Assembly: GCA_964389675.1 (NCBI GenBank)
Contig: CAYMEV010000001.1
Coordinates: forward strand, 156,539-220,538
Direction: 5' to 3'
From: an uncultured Candidatus Sumerlaeota bacterium
GTDB taxonomy: Bacteria; CAYMEV01
DNA: 64,000 nt
Below are positions 1-8,095 of the stretch, in pieces (the stretch's first letter is position 1; each line of letters opens with the position of its first letter). The notes beneath the pieces are model-generated. The model was not told the origin of the DNA, did not search any database, and saw only the letters and a list, made by a program, of their open reading frames with translations. Made by a program: the position numbers and the translations under genes.

Positions 1-130
1 AGAGGATACCTTCAGTGAAGCTGTTAAGGAGTCAGGTTTATATACATATCTGGGATTTTATGCTGTTTACCGCAAGGAAACAGGCAGTTTCGCGAGGCTG
101 TACACCGTATACCTTTTTGCAAGCTATTAG
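1..130 (+). CDS. 3' end of an unidentified gene running in from upstream (partial)
   Basis: Frame 2 is open from the window edge to TAG at 128-130 (..EDTFSEAVKESGLYTYLGFYAVYRKETGSFARLYTVYLFASY*). No recognisable motif; it ends 12 bp before murJ. Confidence 0.25.
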   Translation, partial: EDTFSEAVKESGLYTYLGFYAVYRKETGSFARLYTVYLFASY

Positions 131-141
131 GAAAATGCTTT

Positions 142-1734
142 ATGAACCACAATGAAACAAACAGAAGTACCCTGAAGCTCATCCACGGCACTCTCATAAG
201 CAAGGTATTCGGATTCCTGAGGGAAGTGATAATTGCAGCAAAATTTGGTGCAACAGCTGTTTCAGATGCATTTTTCCTGGCTCTTCAGATACCGGTCCTC
301 TTCAGAAGAATATTGGGTGAAGAAATGTTCGAAAAGACGATCATGCCAGTATTTGTCAACAAGCTTTCAAAGGACCGGAATAATGCCTGGAGATTCATTT
401 CAACCCTTTTCTGGTATTCAGTACTGCTGTCAGTATTAACGGTAGCCTTCCTGTATGCGCTAAAAAAGCCACTCATTGGCTTAATAGCACCCGGCATCAC
501 AGACCCTGAGACTGTCCTTCTGATAAACAGGATGGCTACATATATTATACCCTACCTTATACTGACAACGGTCTATTCCTTCCTGGGAACCATCTTCAAT
601 TTCACAAAAAGGCAGTTTATATTCTCCGTTGCGCCTGCAGTAAGCAATATTGCAATAATTGCCCTTATCCTTCTGTTTTATCCATATATAGAAGAATTAA
701 GCCTTCCGGTCGGATTCCTCCTTGGCGGTGTATTCTATATAATTTTCCTGATCCCGTTCTTCATGACCAGAAGATACAGGGAGGATTATCTTCCCAGGCT
801 CAGTTTCAGCTTGAGGAGGCCGTCAGCCGAGATTAAAACAGTCTCATCTGAATCCTTCTGGGTATTCATGCAGGCAATTTTAAATAAATCAGTGGAGCTG
901 GTTGACAGAATAATAGCATCTTTCCTGATAACAGGGAGTATTTCAGGGCTATGGTACGCAAAGAGGCTGGAACAGCTGCCGTCCTCCATTATCTCGATGT
1001 CCATATCAAGGGCAATTCTTTCCAATCTCTCTGACCACCATGCCAGAGAAAACTACCATGATTTTGGAGAGACCATAGTTTATGGAATAAAGCTCTGCAT
1101 ATCAGTCATAACCCCTGTCACAGTCTTGTTATGCCTCCTTGGAAAACCTGTAAGCATTTTTATATTTAAAAGGGGCGAATTTTCCGAAGCTGCGGCAGAT
1201 ATGACATCCCAGGCATTTATTGCATATGGTATTGGTTTCCTTGCTGTTGCATTCTATAACCTTTTTTCAAGGACATATTCAGTGCTTGCAAAAAACAGGT
1301 TTACTGCTGTAATAATGCTTTTTGCCTCTTTAATGAACGTACTGCTGAGCATTCTCCTGGCGCAGACATTTCTAAAGCTTGCAGGCATTGCGCTTGCTTC
1401 ATCTGTATCCTTCTATTTTGCTTCGATCATTCTTTTTATACAGCTTAAAAAAGAGCTCAGAGCAATAGGCTACACTATTGACCTTAAAAAACTTGGGTTT
1501 TTTGCCTTCAAGATCGCAGCAAGCTGTTCCTTAATGGGAATTATTGTATTTTATTCATTCCGGATCATGCAAAGGCATCTGTATATATCATTAAGCCTTT
1601 TATACTTTGACATCGGCCTGCTTATTATAATAACCGCTTCAGCTGTTTCGGGCCTTACCGCATTTATTCTTCTTTGCTGGTTTTTTGATATAAGGATCAT
1701 AAAAAATCTTTTTAATATCTTGAAAAAAAATTAA
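142..1734 (+). CDS. murJ: Lipid II flippase MurJ/MviN
   Basis: 530-aa polytopic membrane protein. The N-terminus LIHGTLISKVFGFLREVIIAAKFGATAVSDAFFLALQIPVLFRRILGEE is the conserved MurJ/MOP-superfamily signature. Confidence 0.85.
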   Translation: MNHNETNRSTLKLIHGTLISKVFGFLREVIIAAKFGATAVSDAFFLALQIPVLFRRILGEEMFEKTIMPVFVNKLSKDRNNAWRFISTLFWYSVLLSVLTVAFLYALKKPLIGLIAPGITDPETVLLINRMATYIIPYLILTTVYSFLGTIFNFTKRQFIFSVAPAVSNIAIIALILLFYPYIEELSLPVGFLLGGVFYIIFLIPFFMTRRYREDYLPRLSFSLRRPSAEIKTVSSESFWVFMQAILNKSVELVDRIIASFLITGSISGLWYAKRLEQLPSSIISMSISRAILSNLSDHHARENYHDFGETIVYGIKLCISVITPVTVLLCLLGKPVSIFIFKRGEFSEAAADMTSQAFIAYGIGFLAVAFYNLFSRTYSVLAKNRFTAVIMLFASLMNVLLSILLAQTFLKLAGIALASSVSFYFASIILFIQLKKELRAIGYTIDLKKLGFFAFKIAASCSLMGIIVFYSFRIMQRHLYISLSLLYFDIGLLIIITASAVSGLTAFILLCWFFDIRIIKNLFNILKKN

Positions 1735-1791
1735 ATTGCTGATAATATCCATAATTATTCTTAAACCTTAATTTATAATTATAAAGGAGAT

Positions 1792-4353
1792 ATGACCATG
1801 AAGATAGATAAAACCTTTAATGTTATTCCATCAATCCCGAAAGAACTGAAGGATCTTGAAATCATAGGCAACAATCTATGGTTCAGCTGGCATCCCGATG
1901 CCATAAATCTCTTTCACAGGCTGGATCCTGATCTCTGGGAAAAGGTCTCCCATAATCCCGTGGCAATGCTGGGCTCCCTTGATCAGAGCATTTTTGATGA
2001 GAGAAGGACTGATGAAGGCTATCTTATGCAGCTTGAAAGGGTTAAGAATGATTTTGACAGATATACAGGTTTTAAGACCTCTTATAATTTTAATATAGAT
2101 GAGCCTATAGACTTTTCCATAGCCTATTTCTCCGCTGAATTCGGCTTATCTGACTGCCTCCCCATCTACAGCGGCGGACTTGGGATATTATCAGGAGATC
2201 ACCTTAAATCAGCGTCTGACCTTCGTATTCCCCTTATAGGTGTCGGCCTGCTGTACCAGGAGGGATATTTCCATCAATACCTGAACGCAGACGGATGGCA
2301 GCAGGAGACCTACCCGGAAAATGATTTCAGCAGCCTTCCAATAAAGCTCCTTCGCGATGATCACGGGAATCCATTGTACAATTCGGTAAAAATCCTTAGC
2401 AGGGATGTTTTTTTTAAGATATGGGAAGTTAATGTAGGCAGAATATCCCTTTATCTCCTTGATACAAATACTCACAAAAACAGTATGGAGGACAGGGAAA
2501 TTACATCCCAGCTTTATGGCGGCGATTCTGAAATGAGGATAAAGCAGGAGATCCTCCTTGGAATAGGGGGCACAAAGGCACTGAACATGCTTGATATACA
2601 TCCCAGCGTTTATCATATGAATGAGGGCCATTCAGCATTTGCAATACTTGAGAGAATAAACCTTGCAATGAAAAAATACGGCCTTAACTTCAATGAAGCA
2701 AAGGAAATGGTCATATACTCTAATGTATTCACGACCCATACTCCCGTCCCTGCCGGTGTGGACCGTTTTGAGCCGGAGCTTATAACCAAATATTTTCAGG
2801 GATATGTCCCTGAGATCGGCATCAGTGTGGATGATCTTCTTCAGTTTGGGAGGATAAACCCGTCTTCGAAAAAAGAACCATTCTGCATGCTTGTATTTGC
2901 CATGAACTTCTCAGCGTTCAGGAATGCTGTCAGCAAGCTCCATACCAGGATATCAAAGAATATGTGGGCAAATATCTGGCCTAAATTCCCCAAGGAAGAC
3001 TCTCCTGTTGACGGTGTCACAAATGGTATCCATATCCCCTCCTGGATCTCCACCGATATGGGAAGCCTCTATGACAGGTATTTAGGCAGAAGGTGGATGG
3101 AAGATCCTGACAATGAAAAGGTCTGGGACAGGATCAATACAATACCCGATTCAGAGCTTTGGAGAACACATGAAAGAAGGAGGGAAAGGCTTGTCGGCTT
3201 TTCAAGGAGAAGGCTTCTAAGGCAGCTAAAAAACAGGGGGGCATCAAACAGCTATATTGAAAAAAGCGTTGAAGCATTGAACCCGGAAGCCCTGACGATA
3301 GGCTTTGCAAGAAGATTTGCAGCATATAAGAGGGGAAACCTTATCTTCAGGGACCCTGACAGAATAGCAAGGATACTCCAGAACCACGACAGGCCAGTTC
3401 AGATAATCTTCTCAGGCAAGGCTCACCCCCGGGATAATGAGGGGAAAAGGATAATAAAGGACATAATACATTTTCTGAAGGAAGAGCCATTCCGGAGCCA
3501 TGTTGTTTTTATTGAAGACTATGACATAAATGTTGCAAGATACATGGTCCAGGGTGTGGATTTATGGATGAATACACCCAGAAGGCCTGAGGAAGCATGC
3601 GGAACCAGCGGAATGAAGGCGACAGCCAACGGGGCGATCAACATGAGCATCCTGGACGGCTGGTGGGATGAGGCATATAATTTCAACAATGGATGGGCAA
3701 TCGGCAAAGGGGAGGAATATACAGACCTTGAACTTCAGGATGATGTTGAAAGCAGGGCTATATATACCCTTCTTGAAGAGGAGGTCGTACCCCTTTTCTA
3801 TAAAAAGGGCGCCGACAATATATCCAAAGACTGGGTCAAACTGATGAAGAACAGCCTCATAGGCCTCTGCAAATATTTCAATACCCACAGGATGGTGGAA
3901 GATTATCTGCTGAAGTATTATTATCCCGCTGCAAAGCATTATGATGTCTTTCAGAAAAACCCTGAAAAGAACAAAGAGCTGGCAGAATGGAAAAGCTTTA
4001 TGAAAAGCGGCTGGAACAATATAAAGGTGCTCAAGGTAATAACAAAGGAAAATGGCAATTCAGTTAAAATCAATAATCCCTATATAGTTGAAGCACGTAT
4101 AGATCTCGGCAGCATCAAGCCGGAAGACATCCAGGTGGACATTTATTACGGCAGACTGAATCATAAAGCAGAGCTGACCACCAGGGATATATGCCCTATG
4201 GTCCTTGAAAGCGCTGCTGATACATCAGTCTATAATTTCAAGGGCCTGGTTTGCCCCCAGAAAACAGGCAAATTTGGCTTTTTCATAAGGATTCTACCGA
4301 AACATCCCCTTCTTTTTGATATATACAGCTTAAACCTGGTACACTGGATATAG
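1792..4353 (+). CDS. glgP: Alpha-glucan (glycogen/maltodextrin) phosphorylase, GT35 family
   Basis: 853 aa. Motifs FSAEFGLSDCLPIYSGGLGILSGDHLKSASDLRIPLIGVGLLYQEGYFHQ and EACGTSGMKATANGAINMSILDGWWDE match the pyridoxal-phosphate site of GT35 phosphorylases. GGAGA RBS lies 6 nt before the ATG. Confidence 0.85.
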   Translation: MTMKIDKTFNVIPSIPKELKDLEIIGNNLWFSWHPDAINLFHRLDPDLWEKVSHNPVAMLGSLDQSIFDERRTDEGYLMQLERVKNDFDRYTGFKTSYNFNIDEPIDFSIAYFSAEFGLSDCLPIYSGGLGILSGDHLKSASDLRIPLIGVGLLYQEGYFHQYLNADGWQQETYPENDFSSLPIKLLRDDHGNPLYNSVKILSRDVFFKIWEVNVGRISLYLLDTNTHKNSMEDREITSQLYGGDSEMRIKQEILLGIGGTKALNMLDIHPSVYHMNEGHSAFAILERINLAMKKYGLNFNEAKEMVIYSNVFTTHTPVPAGVDRFEPELITKYFQGYVPEIGISVDDLLQFGRINPSSKKEPFCMLVFAMNFSAFRNAVSKLHTRISKNMWANIWPKFPKEDSPVDGVTNGIHIPSWISTDMGSLYDRYLGRRWMEDPDNEKVWDRINTIPDSELWRTHERRRERLVGFSRRRLLRQLKNRGASNSYIEKSVEALNPEALTIGFARRFAAYKRGNLIFRDPDRIARILQNHDRPVQIIFSGKAHPRDNEGKRIIKDIIHFLKEEPFRSHVVFIEDYDINVARYMVQGVDLWMNTPRRPEEACGTSGMKATANGAINMSILDGWWDEAYNFNNGWAIGKGEEYTDLELQDDVESRAIYTLLEEEVVPLFYKKGADNISKDWVKLMKNSLIGLCKYFNTHRMVEDYLLKYYYPAAKHYDVFQKNPEKNKELAEWKSFMKSGWNNIKVLKVITKENGNSVKINNPYIVEARIDLGSIKPEDIQVDIYYGRLNHKAELTTRDICPMVLESAADTSVYNFKGLVCPQKTGKFGFFIRILPKHPLLFDIYSLNLVHWI

Positions 4354-4363
4354 AACTGCAGCA

Positions 4364-5269
4364 ATGATAAAAAGCACTCTTAAGCTGTACAGGAAGACAG
4401 ACTGCATAACATCGGGATACCTTGCCTTCAGCAGCCTGATGATAGCAGTCTTTCACAGGAACATTAGACACTTTCATATTTTCCTCTCATTAAACCTGCT
4501 TTTGATGGTCCTGGTATTTCTTCTGATTAATTACAGAAAGAGAAGCAGGAACAGGTTTATTGCTCTTCTCAGGGACTGGTACCCGGTAATCCTGTACACA
4601 TTTCTTTTCGAAGAGACCGGATGGATTAACAGGACCCTGTTCAGCGATTATATAGACAGGTTCTTCATAGGGCTTGAATATAAAATATTCGGGCTCCATC
4701 CTGCAATAGAGCTTGGAAGGCTGTTTGACAATGTATATATAATGGAATACTTTCATTTTTCATACTTTACATATTACCTGATAATCCCGGGACTGGGGTT
4801 TCTTCTCTACTATAATAACCGGAAACACTTCCATGAATATCTTTTCGTCTCCTCATTCACATTCTACACATGCTATATCTCCTATATATTTCTGCCTGTT
4901 CTTGGCGCGAGGTATTATGCAAATGCACCATTCTTCGCAGAGCCTTTCTGGAAAGAGGGTTTCCTGTTCGTGCCTGTAATGAGGTTCATATATTCAGTAG
5001 GAGAGGTTGACGGAGCTGCTTTCCCCAGTTCACATGTAGCCATAGCTGCAGTAATCCTGATTTATGCATACAAATATGCAAAAAAATACCTTGCCCTCTT
5101 CTTTGTGGTGGTAGTATCACTGATAATCTCTACTGTTTACTGCAGGTTCCATTATCTGATAGATGTAATTGCAGGTATTTTATGGGCTCTGTCAGGCTTC
5201 TATTTCGGAAGGAAGCTTTACTTCTCGTCTCTTTTCGGCTGTGATAATGCAGTACTGGAAAACAGCTAA
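4364..5269 (+). CDS. PAP2-superfamily membrane phosphatase/phosphotransferase
   Basis: Multi-TM protein with PAP2 motifs PSSHVAIAAV and CRFHYLIDVIAG (the SxH and SRxxxxxHxxxD-like boxes). Confidence 0.6.
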   Translation: MIKSTLKLYRKTDCITSGYLAFSSLMIAVFHRNIRHFHIFLSLNLLLMVLVFLLINYRKRSRNRFIALLRDWYPVILYTFLFEETGWINRTLFSDYIDRFFIGLEYKIFGLHPAIELGRLFDNVYIMEYFHFSYFTYYLIIPGLGFLLYYNNRKHFHEYLFVSSFTFYTCYISYIFLPVLGARYYANAPFFAEPFWKEGFLFVPVMRFIYSVGEVDGAAFPSSHVAIAAVILIYAYKYAKKYLALFFVVVVSLIISTVYCRFHYLIDVIAGILWALSGFYFGRKLYFSSLFGCDNAVLENS

Positions 5270-5402
5270 AAAAAATATTTTATTGTAATAATTTATTAGC
5301 AACATATGATATTATAAAATCGATAATTTATGTAAACTGATTCCTGTTAGAAAATTTGGTTTTCGTTATATTGAAACCTAAAAATACAAAAGGAGATGAA
5401 CC

Positions 5403-5897
5403 ATGGAAGAAACCTTATTCAAAGATGAGGACCTGAAAGACTTCTTTGACAAAAAGAAAAGTTTTGCAGAAATTGCAGGAATCCCTCCTGAAATGCTCGC
5501 TTACTTTGCTGAGATGGCCTATAACCTCTATGAGCAGGGCCAGTATGAGGATGCCAAAAACATTATGGACAAAGTAATTATGATAGAGCCAAATGTTGCA
5601 TACTCTCATGCATTGTTAGGGGCGATCTATCAGAAACAGGAAAAATTCGATGAGGCTGTTGACTGCTATACAAAGGCAATAGACCTGAACCCGGAAGAGC
5701 TGCCGGCACTTGTTAACAGAGGAGAGCTTTATCTTCAGAGTTCAAAGTTTGACGAAGCTGCAAAGGACCTTGAAAAGGCAATAGACCTTGATCCCAAGGG
5801 AGAGGACCCTTATGCTCTCAGAGCCCGTACGCTTGTCCTTGTAACACATGAGCTTTTAGCAGAAGCAGAAAAATTAGCAAAAGAAAAACAGAAATAA
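5403..5897 (+). CDS. Type III secretion class II (translocator) chaperone, SycD/LcrH/CesD family, three TPRs
   Basis: 164 aa. It aligns by eye to Yersinia LcrH: YEQGQYEDAKNIMDKV vs YQSGKYEDAHKVFQAL; LLGAIYQKQEKFDEAVDCYTKAIDLN vs GLGACRQAMGQYDLAIHSYSYGAIMD; ELYLQSSKFDEAA vs ECLLQKGELAEAE. AAAAGGAGA RBS lies 5 nt upstream. Confidence 0.7.
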   Translation: MEETLFKDEDLKDFFDKKKSFAEIAGIPPEMLAYFAEMAYNLYEQGQYEDAKNIMDKVIMIEPNVAYSHALLGAIYQKQEKFDEAVDCYTKAIDLNPEELPALVNRGELYLQSSKFDEAAKDLEKAIDLDPKGEDPYALRARTLVLVTHELLAEAEKLAKEKQK

Positions 5898-5933
5898 TAC
5901 AGGGGGGTAATACCCCCTGTCTGATACAAATTT

Positions 5934-8042
5934 ATGAAGCTTATCAACTTTAATCAGCTTAAGAGCTCATTCCTTTCAGGCGACCTGAGCCTTGTTTTGA
6001 ACAGGTATAGCGACCTGCTCCTTGCGCTTCTGGTAATAGTCATAGTAGGCATGATGATAATCCCTCTGCCGACATGGCTTTTAGATATCCTCCTTACTAT
6101 AAATATTACCATAGGCGTTGTTTTACTGCTTATATCCCTTTATATACCAAATGCCCTTAATATTGCATCATTCCCTACGATTCTTCTTATAACCACACTC
6201 TACAGGCTTGCCTTAAATGTTTCCACAACAAGGCTTATTCTTCTCTATGCCAATGCCGGTACAGTCGTTGAGAGTTTCGGCGAGTTTGTTGTCAAAGGCA
6301 ATTATGTGGTAGGTTTTGTAATATTTCTCATCCTTGTAATCATAAATTTTCTTGTCATATCAAAGGGTGCTGAGAGAGTAAGCGAGGTCTCTGCAAGGTT
6401 TGTCCTTGATGCCATGCCGGGAAAACAGATGAGCATAGACTCAGACCTGCGCGCGGGGGCTTTTGACCTGAATGAGGCGAGACGACGCAGGACATCTCTT
6501 CAGAGGGAAAGCCAGCTTTACGGCGCTATGGATGGAGCCATGAAATTTGTAAAGGGGGATTCGATTGCAGGAATTATAATAACAATAATAAACATAGTAG
6601 GCGGAATCATTATCGGTGTTTTTATGATGGACCTCACTATTGTCGATTCCCTTCAGACATTCACACTTTTAACCATAGGTGACGGCCTTGTATCCCAGAT
6701 ACCTGCACTGCTGATATCCACCACATCAGGAATAATCGTTACAAGGGTAGCATCAGAAGAAGAAGACTCCAATCTCGGAAAGGATATAGGGACGCAGATA
6801 CTGGCTCATCCCAAGGCTATTTCAATAGCCTCAGGCCTTCTTGTCGCGCTTGCCATTATCCCGGGGCTCCCATTCAAACCGTTTATAATTCTGTCGATAT
6901 TCACCGGCAGTCTCGGTTACTCCCTTTACAAGACGAAAAGCCTGAAAGATGCTGAGATGGAGGAAAATGAAGAAAAGGAAGAAACTACTGAGACTTTCTT
7001 CCAGCCCTTCAGTATTCCCATAGCCCTGGATATTGGAAAAGGGCTCTCTCAATACCTGGATCCAAAGGATAAGGGTGAAAAATTCGATTCAGAGCTTCTC
7101 CCCATGATGATACAGTATTTCTACTTTGACATAGGCGTGAAGCTTCCCTATCCACAGATCAGGCTTTATGATCCATATATTGAACCCTTTTCCCTCACTA
7201 TCCGCATCAATGAGATCCCTGAAGCTGAATTCAACTATATTGACAAGCATTACCTGGTCGGTGAATCCTGTGAAAACCTCCAGACACTTAAATTTGACGG
7301 GATACCGGCTGTAAATCCATCTACAAAAGCACCTGCAACCTTCGTAAGCGAGGATAAAGTTGAATTTATGAAAAACCTCTTCCCTGTCTGGGGCCCTGAT
7401 GAATATGCAATATTGTGCCTGGAAGGGGTATTAAGGAATAAGGCGGCTGAATTCCTCGGCATCCAGGAGGTCCAGGGCATGCTTGATCAGATGCAGAACA
7501 GCTTCCCTGCCCTTATAAAGAATACCATTCCGAAGATCATCAATATTGACAAACTGACAGAGATATTAAAAAGGCTCGTTTCAGAATCCATTTCAATCCG
7601 CGACCTGAGGATCATCCTGGAAGCCATTATCAAGCACGGCAAGGGAGAAGAAGACACAGGAAAACTTACTGAAGCTATAAGAAGTGAGATGAAGAACTAT
7701 CTTACATATAAATACAAAAAGGGAAGCCCCAGCCTTGTGGTATTCCTGATGTCTCCCGACATGGAAGAAGCAATAAAGAATTCCATTAAATATACCCCGA
7801 AGGGAGCATTTTTGACCCTTGACAATGAAACCATGACCGCTTTCCTGAAAGGGGTACAGAAGGTTCTGGAAAGCATTCCGCCATCAGCACCCAAACCTGC
7901 CATACTTGCATCCCCTGAAACCAGGAGGTTTGTCAGGATACTGGTTTCCTTTGATTTTCCTGATGTTCCGGTAATCAGCATAAACGATATTGTTCCTGAT
8001 ACTCAGATCCAGCCGATAAGCTATATAAAACCGGTTTACTGA
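5934..8042 (+). CDS. Type III secretion export apparatus gate protein, FlhA/SctV (LcrD/InvA) family; the sequence favours the injectisome SctV branch
   Basis: 702 aa with 8 N-terminal TMs and a cytoplasmic C-domain. Conserved blocks FPTILLITTLYRLALNVSTTRLIL, SARFVLDAMPGKQMSIDSDLRAGAFDLNEARRRRTSLQRESQLYGAMDGAMKFVKGDSIAG and TLLTIGDGLVSQIPALLISTTSGIIVTRV. NEAR.RR and DGAMKFVKGD resemble LcrD more than FlhA (EAKKRR, DGASKFVRGD). It sits beside a SycD-like chaperone. Confidence 0.8.
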   Translation: MKLINFNQLKSSFLSGDLSLVLNRYSDLLLALLVIVIVGMMIIPLPTWLLDILLTINITIGVVLLLISLYIPNALNIASFPTILLITTLYRLALNVSTTRLILLYANAGTVVESFGEFVVKGNYVVGFVIFLILVIINFLVISKGAERVSEVSARFVLDAMPGKQMSIDSDLRAGAFDLNEARRRRTSLQRESQLYGAMDGAMKFVKGDSIAGIIITIINIVGGIIIGVFMMDLTIVDSLQTFTLLTIGDGLVSQIPALLISTTSGIIVTRVASEEEDSNLGKDIGTQILAHPKAISIASGLLVALAIIPGLPFKPFIILSIFTGSLGYSLYKTKSLKDAEMEENEEKEETTETFFQPFSIPIALDIGKGLSQYLDPKDKGEKFDSELLPMMIQYFYFDIGVKLPYPQIRLYDPYIEPFSLTIRINEIPEAEFNYIDKHYLVGESCENLQTLKFDGIPAVNPSTKAPATFVSEDKVEFMKNLFPVWGPDEYAILCLEGVLRNKAAEFLGIQEVQGMLDQMQNSFPALIKNTIPKIINIDKLTEILKRLVSESISIRDLRIILEAIIKHGKGEEDTGKLTEAIRSEMKNYLTYKYKKGSPSLVVFLMSPDMEEAIKNSIKYTPKGAFLTLDNETMTAFLKGVQKVLESIPPSAPKPAILASPETRRFVRILVSFDFPDVPVISINDIVPDTQIQPISYIKPVY

Positions 8043-8095
8043 TCCTGGCTGAAAATTTTTATAGATTCTTTTTCAAAAATTAATACTATTGCCCT

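Noticed and set aside
2209-2631. Antisense and embedded small ORFs throughout (e.g. 2209-2631, 233-439, 7250-7480, 13784-14252, 32071-32295, 41047-41832)
   Set aside because: All lie inside and opposite to, or out of frame with, well-supported conserved genes. They have no RBS or motif support and are typical six-frame noise.
5934-8042. Flagellar FlhA interpretation of the export-gate gene
   Set aside because: No flhB/flhF/fliPQR or any flagellar gene in 64 kb. The neighbour is a translocator-class TPR chaperone, and the loop motifs match SctV better. Not fully excluded without a phylogeny.
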